DNA of 24,464 bases from Paraspadella gotoi (Eukaryota > Animalia > Chaetognatha). Both the position numbers and the translations under genes were made by a program. This document shows, piece by piece, positions 23,279 through 24,464 of the stretch (position 1 is its first letter; each line of letters opens with the position of its first letter). The stretch spans positions 1-24,464 of the forward strand of contig JBJCIZ010001079.1 of assembly GCA_051294375.1 (NCBI GenBank), written 5' to 3'. The notes under the pieces were generated by a model, which was given only the letters and a program-made list of their open reading frames with translations, did not search any database and was not told the origin of the DNA.

Positions 23279-23477
23279 CTGATCCTCCGCGACGATCCCT
23301 CGAAGACGAATCCCGCGACGATCCCTCGAAGACGAATCCTCCACGACGATCCCTCGAAGTCGGTGACCTGTAAAATAAAAGGTTAAATCCTGAAATAAAA
23401 TATTAAAATGAAAACCAAATACTTACCCGCTAGATAATACTCACCTGATCCCGCGACGCCGATGATCCCACGATGAC
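23279..23477 (-). other. Antisense exons 23445-23477 and 23279-23367 (about 3 x 24-26-bp repeat)
   Basis: TTTTCCAG|GTCA and TTTTACAG|GTCA acceptors; GGATCAG|GTRAGT donors. Confidence 0.65.
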
Positions 23478-23636
23478 CTGGAAAAGAAAAATAAAATTAG
23501 TAAAACAAAAATAAAAATCAAAAACGTAAAATAAATCGTTTCTTACCTTTAAAGAGACTCGAATATCTCACAAACTCAATTATTCACGATTTTACCTTCT
23601 TGACCTAATTCAGCTTCGGCGATTACATGTAAAGTC

Positions 23637-23858
23637 ATGTTCAAAACGATGTTTGACCTAATTCCTTTCGAATTTTACATCGAATTCAAAGAAAGATTCG
23701 ACCATTGGTTCAACAAGACCGAGAAACAGCTGGAGAAGATCAAGACGCTCGAGATATCGGAAGCGACGAAGATGAAGCTTCTCCAGTTCGTCTTCAAGAG
23801 AAGACGAGATAAACTCAGAAAAATCATTGTTGATTTTCGAAACAGAGTGAAAAACTGA
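23637..23858 (+). CDS. Small ORF F, 73 aa, helical, paralogous to ORF G
   Basis: Shares the motif IPxxFxx[ED]Fxxx[FY]xxWxx[KR]TE with ORF G. Confidence 0.65.
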   Translation: MFKTMFDLIPFEFYIEFKERFDHWFNKTEKQLEKIKTLEISEATKMKLLQFVFKRRRDKLRKIIVDFRNRVKN

Positions 23859-23968
23859 ACTCACCTTAATCAAATTTTTAAATCACCAAGTGAAAGAGAC
23901 TTACCCGTTTCATTGAATTGCTCAATTTCATTATTTTGAAACCATTTCTTTCAGCCATCTTTCAGATA

Positions 23969-24211
23969 ATGTCTTCTCGAATTATCCAAATTGGAGGGGA
24001 ATTACATATGAACATTTTAAAGGAACATATTCCACTTTGTTTTAAGAACGATTTCGAAAACGAATATAAACTATGGAAGGAAAGGACGGAGATCAAGATG
24101 AACAATGCCGTCGACGAAGAGACACGCCGCCGTCTCCCGATCGGATGGATCTCCGAGGAGGACGGGAAAATCTTTGCTCATATCGAGAAGGAAGCCTTGG
24201 AGGAAATCTAA
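23969..24211 (+). CDS. Small ORF G, 80 aa (frame stays open past the TAA to 24319)
   Basis: TTTCAG|ATAATG start context; motif shared with ORF F. Confidence 0.65.
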   Translation: MSSRIIQIGGELHMNILKEHIPLCFKNDFENEYKLWKERTEIKMNNAVDEETRRRLPIGWISEEDGKIFAHIEKEALEEI

Positions 24212-24432
24212 CGCGATCGTATGAGAGAGTTCTCAACCTCCAACGCCTATTCCAATGATGGAAGGAGAAAATTTGGACGATCGGAATTCTCCTGGAACAA
24301 ATTTACTCAGTTCCCATAAATAATGAAAAACCTTCATCTTGCAGATCCATTGAATTACTAAAAAGCAAGAAATTTTCTCGTTAATATTTTTTTTGATTAC
24401 ATACCTTTTTTCCTTCAGCTACTATCCAGATA

Positions 24433-24464
24433 ATGTCGGACAACTCATTCGCCGATTACCTCGA
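24433..24464 (+). CDS. Start of small ORF H (MSDNSFADYL...), truncated by window
   Basis: Upstream context ttcagc...cagataATGtc is the same as for ORF G. Confidence 0.4.
   Translation, partial: MSDNSFADYL

Noticed and set aside
20413-24319. env gene in the 3' region
   Set aside because: No long ORF, signal peptide, transmembrane segment or Cys pattern is visible.

Overview
Eukaryotic, AT-rich, partly low-accuracy assembly: three N-gaps and many scattered indels typical of long reads. The window holds two near-identical copies of a BEL/Pao-superfamily LTR retrotransposon arranged head-to-head. Copy 1 is on the minus strand (1-7812, cut by the window edge inside integrase). Copy 2 is on the plus strand (about 11001/11128 to the pol stop at 19244). 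Their indels are largely complementary, so a consensus can be partly rebuilt by eye. Two things stand out. (1) Gag and pol appear to be joined by an in-frame UGA in the UGA-CUAG readthrough context, followed after 8 nt by a perfect 14-bp stem; both are identical in the two copies. (2) No PPT or 3' LTR follows pol. Instead more than 5 kb carries at least 8 small same-sense ORFs (three spliced, two paralogous), most preceded by a splice acceptor and interleaved with a multi-microexon antisense transcript built from a GAGGGATTCGAC repeat. This may be an accessory-gene module of an unusually long BEL/Pao element, but the link cannot be proven inside the window. The spacer between the copies holds microsatellites, a 252-bp hairpin-rich insertion with a 4-bp TSD, and a second hairpin.
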